A stretch of DNA of 64,000 bases from Nemertoderma westbladi. Its lineage: Eukaryota; Animalia; Xenacoelomorpha. The notes below the pieces were generated by a model. That model did not search any database and was not told where the DNA came from. It saw only the letters and a program-made list of their open reading frames with translations. Of the stretch, positions 51,445-63,873 are shown piece after piece. Position 1 is the stretch's first letter; the number at the start of each line of letters is the position of its first letter. Location: the NCBI GenBank assembly GCA_032718475.1, contig JAUCBJ010007706.1, positions 1 through 64,000 of the forward strand, written 5' to 3'. Position numbers and translations under genes: made by a program.

Positions 51445-51705
51445 AATTCTAGTCGATTAAGATATCGTGGCACCCACCGATATACTTGAAAGACAAATTC
51501 TAGAATCAGTGGTTAACGTCCCCAGACAAGTTCTGGAATAAATTGGTGCCCATCCTAGATATTAATTTAATATTTATTAAAATCTTTAAAATTCAGATCC
51601 GTTAACAATTCTAGTCGATTAAGATATCGTAGCACTTACCGATACTCTTAAAAGACAAATTTCATAGAATTGAGGATCTTATGTCCCCAGACTTGCTCTG
51701 GAATA
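51445..51705. repeat. Direct duplication, ~162-bp period
   Basis: aattctagtcgattaagatatcgt.gcac..accgata at 51445 and 51607. Confidence 0.8.
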
Positions 51706-52520
51706 AAATTTATGTCAATTTAACATCAAATAATAAAATTCACGGGAATAAATTAAATTCATATTTAAATGAATTTCATAAATTGTCATTTTGTGCAATT
51801 TATAACATTCCCAAAATTCCAGTAATTAATAGATCATGGGAGCGGAGATTCATATTGAGTGTATTAGAGTGTGAGAATCTCCAGCATATAGTCAATAGCC
51901 GATAAAATTTATAAAATCATGCATAAAGAGGATATTGACAATTAAAGAATTACTATTAAATAACATCCCAGATCTGTATGCATGAGGATTGCCCTAATTC
52001 TACCGCTAGTTTTCCATAATGTCACCATGGCAACACCCACGCTAGAACTAGAAGCAAGTTAAAAGAACAATAAAGGGCTTGCCCCATTGCGTAGCATAAG
52101 AGTATACATAGCGCACTATTAGTATCCAAGGATACATAGTAAATACGTGACATTCTGGAAGACACTGACTAACGGACAAATGGTATGCATGTGTGCAGTA
52201 AGTAATGATTGTATGGAATTTGTGCGTTTATAGGTGAATGTTACTACTAAAGTGTGTTTACAGTAGCTAATCGCAATTGTAAAATAGCCCTAACTCTACC
52301 GAGATAACCTCAAGTGGATTCAAGCCTTTGGGACGGACAGTGGTGGGACTTGTGCCGGTTATCGTTGTCGTGCTGTGCTACATGTTGGCGTAAACACTGC
52401 GACAGCGGTACATCGGCGCTGAGAAACCCACTGTCCGGGGGCAAAAGGCCTAGTAGGAAGCGACGCCCGCTTACCTAAAATATTAACGTATATTGATATT
52501 AACAAACTCAGATAGCAAAT

Positions 52521-53624
52521 ATGACGGAATTAATAGAAGATGACCTTGGTATTAGAGAGCGATATACTCTACCTTTACAAGCGTTTGTGGATAGCTTGAT
52601 ACGCGGTGAAGCTGATCCGACTATTACGGAGGACGATGGGCGCTATATCGAACCGCCGATGTCCCAGGAACAACTTACGCGCGAAGCGGACTATAGAAAA
52701 TTCACCGCTCGCTATACGAATCGTAATGGTACGTATATGGACTTCTTAACTAACGGCCATACCTACCTCAACTATACAAGGGGAAGTTGAACCCATATGT
52801 TTAGAATCGGAAGAGATTCAGCCCCCCACGGCTCGGAGTAGCGATAGCGACTATATATTGGAATGGTATCAAGGTCCACAGTGTCTTACTGCGTATGATT
52901 ATCGCCATGCCAATTATGTTTCTCGACAACGTTGTCGGCTGTGCGCATCGAGAGACCATATTACGTCTATGGACACCAACGATCTTTGTTCCTATTTCCA
53001 CGAGCAACCGTCGATGGAAATCTATTGTGCATATTGTCGGCTTAATAATTTGCACATTTTTGCCGTCTGCCCCCAATTTATGACTCAATGCCATCATTGT
53101 CAATTAAAAGGACACGCCAGCTTTGATTGTCCCTTTAACCATGATTTAGAGAGCGTAGATGAAATGATTGTACTACGTTATATAAGAGCTTGGGAAGCGA
53201 ACGCTGATTTACATTGTGACTCACGCCATCGCTATTATCCCGGACGCGCCTATGAAGGAGTTTATGCGTTCCATCCATATTTGTTTGCCTCCGTCGAGCA
53301 GAAATCGCGCCTATCAAGTTATGAACTATTGAAGCGCGTTGGAGAATGTATTTCAACCAAATATGTACGCAAATTCCTCAGGAGCATTAATCCGAGTGAC
53401 ATCCAGTCTTACAACTTAATAAACTTTATCCGTCAAGACCCTGCCTATGGAGACTTATTTGTCAACTCACACCCTGAGTTACAAGAAGTATATCGACGGC
53501 CTTACGAGTATCGAGCCCGCGAACGCGAGTTAGAAAGAACCATTAAACCAAGGAAGTTTCTAACGGCCTATGGTCCACCCACGGCCCTCGTTCAGACCAC
53601 TCGTAAAGGACCCGTAAGAGCGGC
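52521..53624 (+). CDS. Zinc-knuckle (CCHC x3) ORF downstream of Gag-Pro; two overlapping frames (52521-52790 and 52750-53624)
   Basis: CRLCASRDH..C, CAYCRLNNLHIFAVC, CHHCQLKGHASFDC. The second frame is open from 52750. An acceptor-like ttaacaaactcag lies just before the ATG at 52521. Confidence 0.6.
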
Positions 53625-54000
53625 GCTACGCCGGGTACATTGTGTCAAGTACAATGCACACATCTCCAACCAGACACTATATAACATTGGAGGTGTCTCA
53701 TTGGTTCCCCCAAGCTTGACACTAGAACAAAATCGCCTCCGCTTTGCAGGACATTGCTTTCGCCGTGAGGACCAGCCAGTGCATAATCTTGTACTTTGGC
53801 AGCCTCATGGAGTGAATAAGCATGGTGGACAGCCCATGACTTTCTTGAGACGCATCTTAAAGGACACTGGCCTTAAAGATGCGGATGATCTAGCAAATGT
53901 CATGGGTGATAGGGAGTTGTGGCGGCGCAATTTTGTTGACAAGCCGGCACAGCATTCTTAAAAATGCAGCTGCAATGCAGCATGCCGATCCTAGTAGTAG
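53625..54000 (+). mobile_element. RTE-clade LINE, 5'-truncated copy 3 (~375 bp), fused in frame to the zinc-knuckle ORF
   Basis: Near-identical to the 3' ends of copies 1 and 2 from gctacgccggg to cctagtagtag. Confidence 0.95.
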
Positions 54001-54794
54001 GCGTAAAGCAAATAAGTCTAACAGGTGAATGAAACTGAATAGTGAACCTATTCTTCAAAATGAATTCCTTTCTCTTGCAAGTCACTTAGGTCCTGGGGAG
54101 ACAGCATGGTTCTAGCCGGTTCTGATATTTTCACCGATTTAGTATTTTCTAAGTATCGACGACAACAAAGCTCATTGAAATGAGCGTATAGATACCCAGG
54201 TTTGGCTGTTTGGAGTTCTGACAAACCATTTAATTGAAACGTAATTGTTCCCCAATATTTAACTATAACTTTCTCCTCCTTGAAAATATACTGACAAGAG
54301 CTACACTTCTTCGCGTTGCAAGACGAACTGTCTGACGAACCTGACGTGAACCTACGGTCTGACGGTACCTGTCTACTGCTGTGACTGGTGTCAGGCAGTA
54401 GCGTATCGCGTATCCATCCATACTACCGCTACCGGTCCGGCAGACAGCCATTGTTGTCGTGCCCGGGCTGCCGGGCTATACCCCTGCAAAGGCTATGTCA
54501 TGATAATAAATCTAAATTTAAATTTCCCACTACCGGTACAATATACCAGTATACACAACAAACGTCCTTGTGATTGGTTCATAGGCAAGCACCTACGCAA
54601 GAAATTCCAACGCCAAAAGACAATTATCGCCTACGCGTAAACCTACGCGTAGCTACGCGTAGGCCTACGTATACGCAGTAAACCCAGCAAAGTCATAGCA
54701 TGATAAGTCGCTGATAAATTGCTACTAATTTCGCCGGCTAATACCCTGCTAATTTCGCCGGATAAAAGCCGGCTTTTTGGTTCCAATGTTCTTA

Positions 54795-55100
54795 AAGGTT
54801 TCGAAGGGTGGATTTCGAAGAGAAATATCCATCGTTTAGTAGACTATTAGCCTTCGATTAGTAGTTTACGAAGCATTTTCGAAGGATAATTCGAAGACAA
54901 AAATGCTTCGTTTAGTAGACTATTCGCCTGCGATTAGAAGTTTATTTAGCATTTTTCGAAGGATGATTTCGAAGATAAAAATGCTTCGTTTAGTAGACTA
55001 TTAGCCTTCAATTAGAAGTTTACGAAGCATTTTCGAAGGATAATTTCATACATTATTAGAAGCATTTTCGAAGAATAAAAAATACTATTTTTCGAAGAAA
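54795..55100. repeat. ~77-bp degenerate tandem repeat rich in TTCGAA
   Basis: cgtttagtagactatt recurs at ~54833, ~54909 and ~54987. Confidence 0.85.
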
Positions 55101-56169
55101 AAAAATGTAACTGAAACAATCACTGGACCTGCCTGTGGATGCTTTGGTGAAGAGGGAGGGGGTATTAGCCTATACCTACTGTAGTAGCCTACCGTACTGC
55201 CGTATCCTACCCTACACCCTACTTCCCTATCCTACAATACGTTATACACTTATTAATGGAAGCGGCTGAGTATATAGAGAAATATATAATCAATATATAT
55301 TTGAGGGTATCTATGGAAACTTTAGGTGATAATCGAAAAATTTGAATTTGTTAGTTTAAATTTTAATAATTTCCCATATTGTCAGCCATATTAGATTATT
55401 CGTGTTGATGGATCTATGAAAATTAATTAAATTTAGATGCATTTAATTAATAATTATGCTTCTCTGATGACGAAAATATGCATTATTTGCCTGATAATTT
55501 ATCTTCGTTTTCGAAGACAATTATCAGCCATATATAAAGAATTGATAATATTTTACATAGTAATGGACCAAGCGGCTCGGCTGGTAAGGAAATGACCATA
55601 TGCTGCGAATGCTCATCAGATTTACAAATCTGAAATTCCGGTTTCAAATTTCAGTTCCCAGTTACAGTACGAATTTAAATTCCCAGATACGAATTGTTCA
55701 CAGTAGTAATAAGTAAGTAGTAGGCCTTCAGCTTACAGGCTTAAGCATCAAACATACTGCAGTATTCACTTACAGTCACTGACTGACTGACTGACTTTAC
55801 TTTACATCATTTAGGTAAATACCAATTAGGCCTACTGCACACAATGTCAGAATGTGCAGAGTGCAGGTGTATGTAAATTGTAAAGTAGCCTAATACATTT
55901 CGGAATTGTATTGCACTGTACTGCTGTACTGTATGTCAGAGTATAGGAACTGACTAATACCGCAGAAAAATACCACCGACAATAGTCTGACTACCACCGA
56001 CAAAAACTAATAATAAAAGAAACACACCGACATATGAAAAACAATAACGATTTTTACCATGCAATAGGGCCTATAATTTATATTTAATTTATTTAATTTT
56101 ACCATGCATCACTCACTATGCAATATAATAATTTAAAACAGATAATTTACAGATTTATGAAGGCCAGAG

Positions 56170-57622
56170 CTGCAGAGGGCCTGTATGGAATCCATCCAAA
56201 AAGTGCGCCGGACAGCCGGATAGCGCGCCGACCAAATTTTATGCGCGCCACGCGCCGATGCCATTCAGCCATTTCGAAGAAAAACCCCGCGCCAACTAAA
56301 TTTTTAAGCGCGCCGATGCAATTTCGAAGAAACCCCGCGCCAACTAAATTTTTAAGCGCGCCACACAGCCACACATTGAAACAATTTTGAAGAGCGCCAC
56401 ACCAATGCAGCAATGCAAATTCAATTTGAGGGAGTGTAACCAATCTGTCAATGTCAGTCAGTAGGGCTCGATCGGAGTTGGGATTTGGCCGGAGCCGGAG
56501 CAGGAGCCGGAGTAGGACAATTTGGCCGGAGCCGGAGCAGGAGCCGGAGTTTTTCAAAAATTTTAAAAAATTAATTATTTATAAAAAAAAAATAAAGTAC
56601 CGGTATGTTATCGTTCGCCAATCGCTCATAATCAATCATACTGCCAACTGCTGTACTGTCAGACTGTAGGTCTAATTAATTTCATAATTTATAGATTTAC
56701 GAATTTTCAATTTAAAATTTAAGTAATTAATTTATCACGGACAGACGGCCTGAAAATTACCTACAGTACCTAACTCACAGACTCACTAACTGTGGTAGAG
56801 GTGTGTACTGTAGGTAGCCTACCGCAGTACCGTACGTGTACCAGTACTGCAGTACAGTATGCCTGGTATGCTGGCATGGCATGACAGCAGTAAATGGCTG
56901 CAGTGGTACAGCTACAGCTGTACAGTGTACATTCATAGCATTTACAATTTTTACAGTAGGGCTGTAGGGCCTATCTGTAATAGTCTGCTAGTCAGCCAGC
57001 TGGCCAGTACCAGTACTGCAGTACAGTCAGTCAGTCATTGACTTTAAGTAAATACTGCAGTACCGGTATTATTCTTGATATTGAAGCTGTACTACAGTAC
57101 TTACTTCAGTACTTATAGTGTAAATAATTGTTCAGATTAGAATATGCACGAAATATAATACTTTATTAAAAAATTAACTCCGGCAATATTTTTACCGGAG
57201 CCGGAGCAGGAGCCGGAGGTGCCAAAATGGCCGGAGCCGGAGCCGGAGGGCGGAGCTCCGATCGAGCCCTATCAGTCAGTACTGCTGTACCCCTGTACCA
57301 GTCCCTGCTGCCCTATATCTGTATACAACAGTAGCCTAACCATGAACCATACAACAGAAAAAGAAAGGCGAGCGAAGCGAGCCGAAATTTTTAAACAGCT
57401 AATGCTATTTTTAAGGCACTTCCATAATTGTTAAACCTGTAAACTAACAAATCGGCGCCGGTTTTTATTTTTGGGAGCGCCAAAGCTGAAAGCCGGCACG
57501 CTTTACGATTTTCGAGCGCGCCACGCGCCAAAGTCGGCGTGCTTTACATTTTTCGAGCGCGCCACACGCCACATTGGCGCGCTTTTATTGCAAAGTTGCA
57601 AAGTGTGTATGGATTCCAGTCT
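56170..57622. mobile_element. Probable outer MITE with GCGCC-rich subterminal repeats, hosting a nested hAT MITE
   Basis: tggaatccat (~56186) and atggattcca (~57609) are inverted, and gcgcc(a/g) arrays lie at both ends. Confidence 0.55.
56462..57271. mobile_element. Non-autonomous hAT-type MITE, 810 bp
   Basis: Perfect 16-bp TIR TAGGGCTCGATCGGAG, 8-bp TSD TCAGTCAG (56454-56461 and 57272-57279), and subterminal GCCGGA repeats. Confidence 0.92.
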
Positions 57623-57719
57623 GGCCAGAGGGCGGGATTATCAGATTAGGCCTATATTTTAAATAAATTATCATGGAAAGAAAAATTGTATAACCAACCA
57701 TGCTGACTGTACTATTACA

Positions 57720-57774
57720 GTATTACTACAGTACTATGCCCTGATAGTATCAGGGCATAGTACTGTAGTAATAC
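57720..57774. repeat. Perfect palindrome, 27-bp arms with a 1-nt centre
   Basis: gtattactacagtactatgccctgata-g-tatcagggcatagtactgtagtaatac. Confidence 0.95.
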
Positions 57775-59299
57775 CTGATACCTGCTATAGGCGTAGGCCC
57801 TATACTGTAAGACAGTAAGAATACGAACTGCGGTCTGACGGTTTTTGTGGGTCCATCTACCTGTCTTGTCTACCAGTCAGCCAGTCTACAGTCAGACAGT
57901 CGGGGAGAAGTTCTATTTTCAACTGAGTTGAAATTTCAACTTTATTTTTTAAAATTCAACTTTTTATTAAAATTCAACTTTAGGAGTAGAGTTTAAAATT
58001 CAACTTTTTTTTAAAATTCAACTTTTGGAGTAGCTTTGGAAATATGGAATTGGAATCCATTACTGGTAGGGCCTATTCCATTGTATAATAGGCCTAATTA
58101 TGACATTCAGCGGTAATTTAATAGGCCTACATCTAATAAATTCCCGTGTAGTATTTCAGCTAATTTGCAAATGTAGGCCTAATCACTTAAAATGTTTTTA
58201 AAAAAAGTATTCCCGACAGTGAAAGTTTTTATTCCATCGGTCAGTCGGTAATGACTGAATGACTAATGAGGGTTAATTTTTCGAGTTACATCCATAAAAA
58301 CAATCAGAACACCCCTTCTGTCTGTCTGTGACGTCTTGGGGGCCTCCTGCCATTTTAGACAGCCTGTAGGGTAGGGCTGTCTGGCTGTAGGGTGGTCCAA
58401 AAAACTTTTTTTTTAATTTTGATATTCTGACAGTGTTTAATATGTAAAAACCTGAAAAAAAGTTGATAGGACAAAAAAAAATCAAGTCAAAGTTATGAGA
58501 ACTAGTCCCAGCATGCACCCCACATTGCCCGCTTGGCCCGCATTGTGTCACGTCAACAGTCAATGTCAAAGCAGTGAGGTTTGATATGTCAGTCAGGGAG
58601 ATCATCAATTTTGGGGTTACCCCAAATTTCGAATTCTGGTAATAGACTGTCGAAAATTGGGGTTTTGGGTTCAAATTTGAGGTATTTTTAGGCTCATAAT
58701 ATCGAGTGTTGCTGCGACTTAGGGAAACTGTTGGAGCAACTTCTACTTTTAATATGTTAAAATATAATGTAAAATAAGAACTTTTATCGATGCAATAAAA
58801 TATTTCACCGATGCAAACATGCTTTTATTGGGGGCGAAAATTGAAATTTGAGGTTAAACCTCAAATTTGAGACAAAACCTCAAATTTCGCCAGTCTTTAC
58901 AACATCACCAGCCTGCCAGCAGTAAGGTGTAGCAGTAGGCTTTGCCGCTTATTGCTTATAGAGCTTGGTGAGAATGGGTGACCAGTGTAACCTGTGACAT
59001 GACATGCTGACATGTATGCAGGGTAGGCTTCCTTACAGCACAGCAACTTACAGTCAATAACTTTAATTATTGTTAACTCCGTTAGTGATGGGTGAGAAAA
59101 ATGCAGAAGACTAGAGAAATTCGCTATCCTTACAGCCTTACTGTTGGTAAGAAGAACAGTAGACTAAATCATCACTGTTGCGAGATTCAAGCTCACACAG
59201 CTGCACAGTCACAGACTCAGGAAGGCCTACTATATCTTGTAGATGTTAAATCAATTCCAGAATTTGGAAGTTTACATAGTCCAGTATTCTGGCATTTAT

Positions 59300-59980
59300 C
59301 TGTTCTGTTCATCGTTCATATATTACACATCTTCGGAAAAAAATATGTTTTCTGGTTGTTGTTATCCTCTTTAAAACTTTGTATATCAAATGAAGCCATT
59401 CCTCTCCTGACAGCCTGAAGATGGAAGACTTATGTAATATTCGCCTGCCCTAGCAATGTCAATTGGAATACTGTACCATCATTCTTCCACAGTTTGGAGC
59501 CCATTTCTAGACAAATGTTGCCGCAAATGTTGATGTGGTCAGGTGGTTTATACAATATATGTGGACTTGATTCTTTTGTTAGTTATTCTATGCTACTGGA
59601 GCAGTGGAGACTCTAAAGTTGGAACCACTACCTACTGCAGTATACATCAATTAAAGTTCAATTTTATAATGTGCTTTAAACTTATATGTAAAGATCTAAA
59701 CCTGATCCTCCATTACAACAATGTGCAACATCCTCGTAGACTATTTTAATATCCCAGCCAGACATCCAATGCAATCATGACCTGGCCTGCTGGCCATATA
59801 TATAAAATTATGAAGCAAAGGCCATGCCCCGCCCATCTGCGCATGCTGCCATGTTTGCATGTTCCATACATCACCTCTTCTTTATCAGGGTCATTAACAT
59901 ATGGAACATGCTGGACCTGGAACGCAGTAGAAACATCATCATCACTAATCGCTATTCTTTTAAACAGTCTTTAGACTGTT
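59300..59980 (+). mobile_element. Decayed CR1-like LINE 3' fragment
   Basis: Scattered LEYC..VWSP and FFIRVINIWNML...SFKQSLD-like motifs across frames. Confidence 0.5.
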
Positions 59981-60535
59981 AGACTCTGCTTTCTTATCAA
60001 GACATCTGAAATGTTTTAGAAATCTAAGTGACTGTTTGTTTATACTATACATACATACATATCCTTTTAAATTGACCTTATGAGGAACCAGAATCATTTA
60101 TAACTTGGGCAAAAAGTATAACCTTTTTCACTAACCTATTCTCGAGGCTTTATCTCATCTCTGGAGTACACCTTGCAGGATGCACTAAAGTTGCATTGCA
60201 ATAGTGTATTAGTGTGTAGGGGTGGATTCTGTTCAAATTTCGATCAAAAATTTTGATCAACACATTCAATGAAATTTTAGAAATTCCACCAAAAATATTT
60301 TGGCACTTGTGTCAAATCAAATAGGTGACCCTCCTAATCTTCTAATCCTGAAATCACCAGCTAATCCTGAAATTTAGTGCAGGTGATATCAATATTCCTA
60401 ACTCTTGTTTATTGTTTTTTGGTTACTTTCAACTCACCTCTATAACCTGCTCCTTTGCTAACCCTGTAACCGGGCACTAGTGAAAGTGACTTTAGTTTAG
60501 GTGATTTCAGGATTAGCAGATTAGGAGCTAGGAGG

Positions 60536-62006
60536 CCCTATTGAAAAGTTTTACATGTACGCCGAGCATGTTCGGCGCAGCACTAGAACTTGCGCCGGGA
60601 GCTGGCGCAGAAATGTGCTACGCCGGGCAATGAGCCGGACTGGCCGGCGCAGAGATGTGCTACGCCGGCGTAGCCGGCGGAGAACTGGCAATGGTAGAGA
60701 TGCTCCGCTCGGCGCAGCAGGCGTCGAAATATTCCCGGCTTCGACGCTGCAGATATTGACCCGGCGCCGGAGCAGGAATCAGCCCAGCACACCCGGCATG
60801 CCCGGCGTACATATTTGCCTGGCTGCCTGGCGCAGAAATCAGCCGAACCTAGCACCAGGCAGACAGTGAGACTGAGACAGCAGACATGCGTTCATCAGAC
60901 CAACAGCACAGCAACACATAACAACTGGCCATGCAGGAGGCAGAAAAGAAACTCAGCTATCAGCTGATCAGTCATTATTGCTATTGGTCATAGTCAGTTT
61001 ATTTATTTACATAATATTGCTGTATTGTATAAGCTATATTTATATTATATTATATTATTTGGATGGAGACACCGCTGTCATAGACGCGTATAAATAAAAC
61101 TGCACATATAATAAAACAGGCAGACAGAATGAAGTTGAACAGTGAATAAAACAAAACGACTTATACTATGGCACTATTGATAATGAAACAATTTATTACC
61201 GACACACATGTGTAACCATTGGAAATTGCAGTTCAATGACTCCAAGTGCAAGGTCATGCATGCATCTAGGTTCTAGAAATCCCCAGGCAACCTTTTACAC
61301 AATGAATGGATGGACATTTGTATCGGCAACCGACTGACCGAGGAACGTGATTTTGGAATTACATTTACACCAGACTTGTCCTTCACAGCATCACAGCTCA
61401 CTGCACAAAGACTCCAGCCCGCGCCATGCGAGTCGTACATTTAATACGAAGAACTTTTACATATTTGGAAGCTCGTGGTCGGCCTCTCCTTGAATACGAC
61501 ACAGTTGTTTGTTTGCCTGTTTGCCATTCCTCCGACATGATAAATATTGAACGTCTTGAACAAGTACAACACCGTGTGGTCACTCGCCTTGTACAGTTGT
61601 ACTATCGCTGGATGAGTTGTCATATGAAAACCGACTACTTGCACTCAAACTACCGACATTAATATATCGCCGTGTACTAGCCGACCTTATAACAACATAC
61701 AAGAGTTTATCAACGGGATTGACAAAATTGAGCGAAGTAATTTCTTCCAGTTTCGTTCCTAACTCCACCAATGTTAACACGCAACAACTTTGCAGACAGC
61801 GTTGTAAACATTTAGCGCAGGATTTTTGCACCTGGCATGGGCGTGGGTTTGCACAGAGCCGGCGCAGGATTTTTTGCACCCGGCGTGGTTTTGCACAGAG
61901 CCGGCGCAGGATTTTTTGCACCTGGCGTGGTTTTGCTCGGAGCCGGCGCAGGATTTTAGGCACCCGGCGCTGCGTTCGGCGCAGAAAATAAAACTTTTCA
62001 ATAGGG
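60536..62006. mobile_element. Non-autonomous DNA transposon, 1471 bp
   Basis: TIR CCCTATTGAAAAGTTTTA at both ends, flanking direct repeat CTAGGAGG (60528-60535 and 62007-62014), and subterminal gccggcgcag repeats. Confidence 0.88.
61228..61720 (+). mobile_element. Decayed CR1-clade LINE fragment inside the DNA transposon
   Basis: FNDSKCKVMH, ERDFGI, IRRTF, RPLLEY, LEQVQHR, SYENRLLALKLPTLIYRRVLADLITTYK across frames. Confidence 0.8.
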
Positions 62007-63544
62007 CTAGGAGGGTCCCCTCCCTATTTGACACAAGTGCCAATGTTTTATTTTACTTTTTTTTACCGGGAGAAAAAGTAAAATCAATGCAAAATTATGG
62101 CTCTATGGTACATTATTATGTGGCAATATTATTCAATATTATTGCAGGTTGCTGTGTTGCCGACTTTGCAAAAGCTGTGCCTAACAAAAAGTTACAATAT
62201 TATGGGGACAACTTTCTCCATACCAGGAGGGAAAAAAGAAGGCCTACTAGGTCTACTTTTTCTCCCGATTTTAGGGCATATTCAAGCAAAAAAGTAACAA
62301 TCTAAAAATATAAGTTCTTTAAGCTCTGTACTTCGTTTTATAGGCCTACCATCTGATCATACCACCCCACTGCACCCCTACCAGTAGCCTTTTTAAGTAT
62401 GTTTTAAATATTATATTTCACAACACTCAGACACTAGGCCTACATCAGTTTATTTGTTTACCTTTGCAATACAGTCTGACAGTAACAAGCTATAGGTAAC
62501 AACTACTGAACTAGGCCAACTAAGACTTCTGTCTGTATCTGACGATGCTGCTATGAAATTCAAATTTGGGGTAAAACTCAAATTTAGAGAATTAACCTAA
62601 CCTTGTATTAAATTTGAGGTAATTCCAAAATTGGGTCTATAATTTGAAATTTGAGGTATTCTCAAATTTGATGATCTCCCTGACTGTATGTTATGGGACT
62701 AGTTCTGGTCAGAATTACATGAATTTTACTGCATACCACAACTACAGTTACTGAGTTATAGTTCATATCCGTACCGATGGTATTTTCGTATGGCAAAAAT
62801 AAGACTATAAGTATGAAATACCCTATGTTATTGAGATAATGTTTATTGTTTTGGTTAGAAAAGCCCACCACTGTAACCTGCTCCTTTCCGTTAATTAAGT
62901 AATGGAGATTAGTTTATTGTTTTGGTTAGAAAACACCACCACTGTAACACCATCGGTACGCATATGAACGATAACCATGTGCAACTACTGAACTATATAA
63001 CATATTTACAATAACTTAGAAGTTGTCACTCTTGTCAGACGTAAAAAAAATGTAACTAATAAAAATTCATATTTTTGTTCATGTCAGCATGTGCTCGCTG
63101 TTGCTTGCTTGCTTAGGCCTACTGGTCGCTTTCTGGAATGCCTTCAGCCTATCCTATTGTTTGTTATTTATTAGGCATATTTGTAATACCGTATATCAGT
63201 ATATTGTTTGGCAGTTTGGTATATATTAATAATTTGGGAGGCCATTCTATATATATAATATAATATATTCTAAGAAGGCAAAAGAAATGGATGGTCAATC
63301 TTCCTCATCAGAAAGACCAAGACCCCATAGGCCTATTCGAACAAGGAGTTCAGATAAAGAACCTCCCTTTCTTAGGGCCTATACAGTTATAGGAAACACA
63401 ACCAAATTCTTGTCACAATCCCAACTACCTACGAATGGCGATATCCTCAGGTGCTTAATATGTTCCATATTAACAACCGGGAGCACAATGAACGTCTTTA
63501 TAATGTCAATGTTGTTAAGTGTGGTAAATTAATGATAAATTATA

Positions 63545-63745
63545 AATTAATTTCTGGAAGTTTGAATTTCCCGGTACCTTGTACGGCGAGATTTGGACAG
63601 GCCATTCATTGGTTACTTTAAGTAATTACATTCAAAAAAACGTGCAATTGGATAGTTTCCCACTACCCTACCAATGAATGGCCAGTGAAAATCTCCACCT
63701 ACACCTACACGTTACTGGGAAATTCAAACTACCAGGAATTAATTT
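63545..63745. mobile_element. Small imperfect hairpin MITE-like element
   Basis: aattaatttctggaagtttgaatttccc pairs with gggaaattcaaactaccaggaattaattt; inner ggccattcattggt pairs with accaatgaatggcc. Confidence 0.7.
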
Positions 63746-63873
63746 TTGGTCGACCATAAATTAATTTTTCGTCAATCATAAATTATTTTTTGGTCGACCA
63801 TAAATTAATTTTTGGTCGACCATAAATTATTTTTTGGTCGACCATAAATTATTTTTTGGTCGACCTTAAATTA
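63745..63873. repeat. 21-23-bp minisatellite, ~6 copies
   Basis: Unit ttttggtcgaccataaatta(a/t)tt. Confidence 0.85.

Larger units (their letters stand above)
60301..62042. mobile_element. Hairpin MITE interrupted by a nested insertion
   Basis: tggcacttgtgtcaaat...ctcctaatcttctaatcctgaaatcacc (60301-60358). Its reverse complement is split between ~60500-60527 and ~62015-62042. Confidence 0.75.

Noticed and set aside
60555-62305. Arg/Cys-rich ORFs at 60555-60869 and 61774-62305, and similar ones at 56118-57662
   Set aside because: Translations of GC-rich MITE subterminal repeats.
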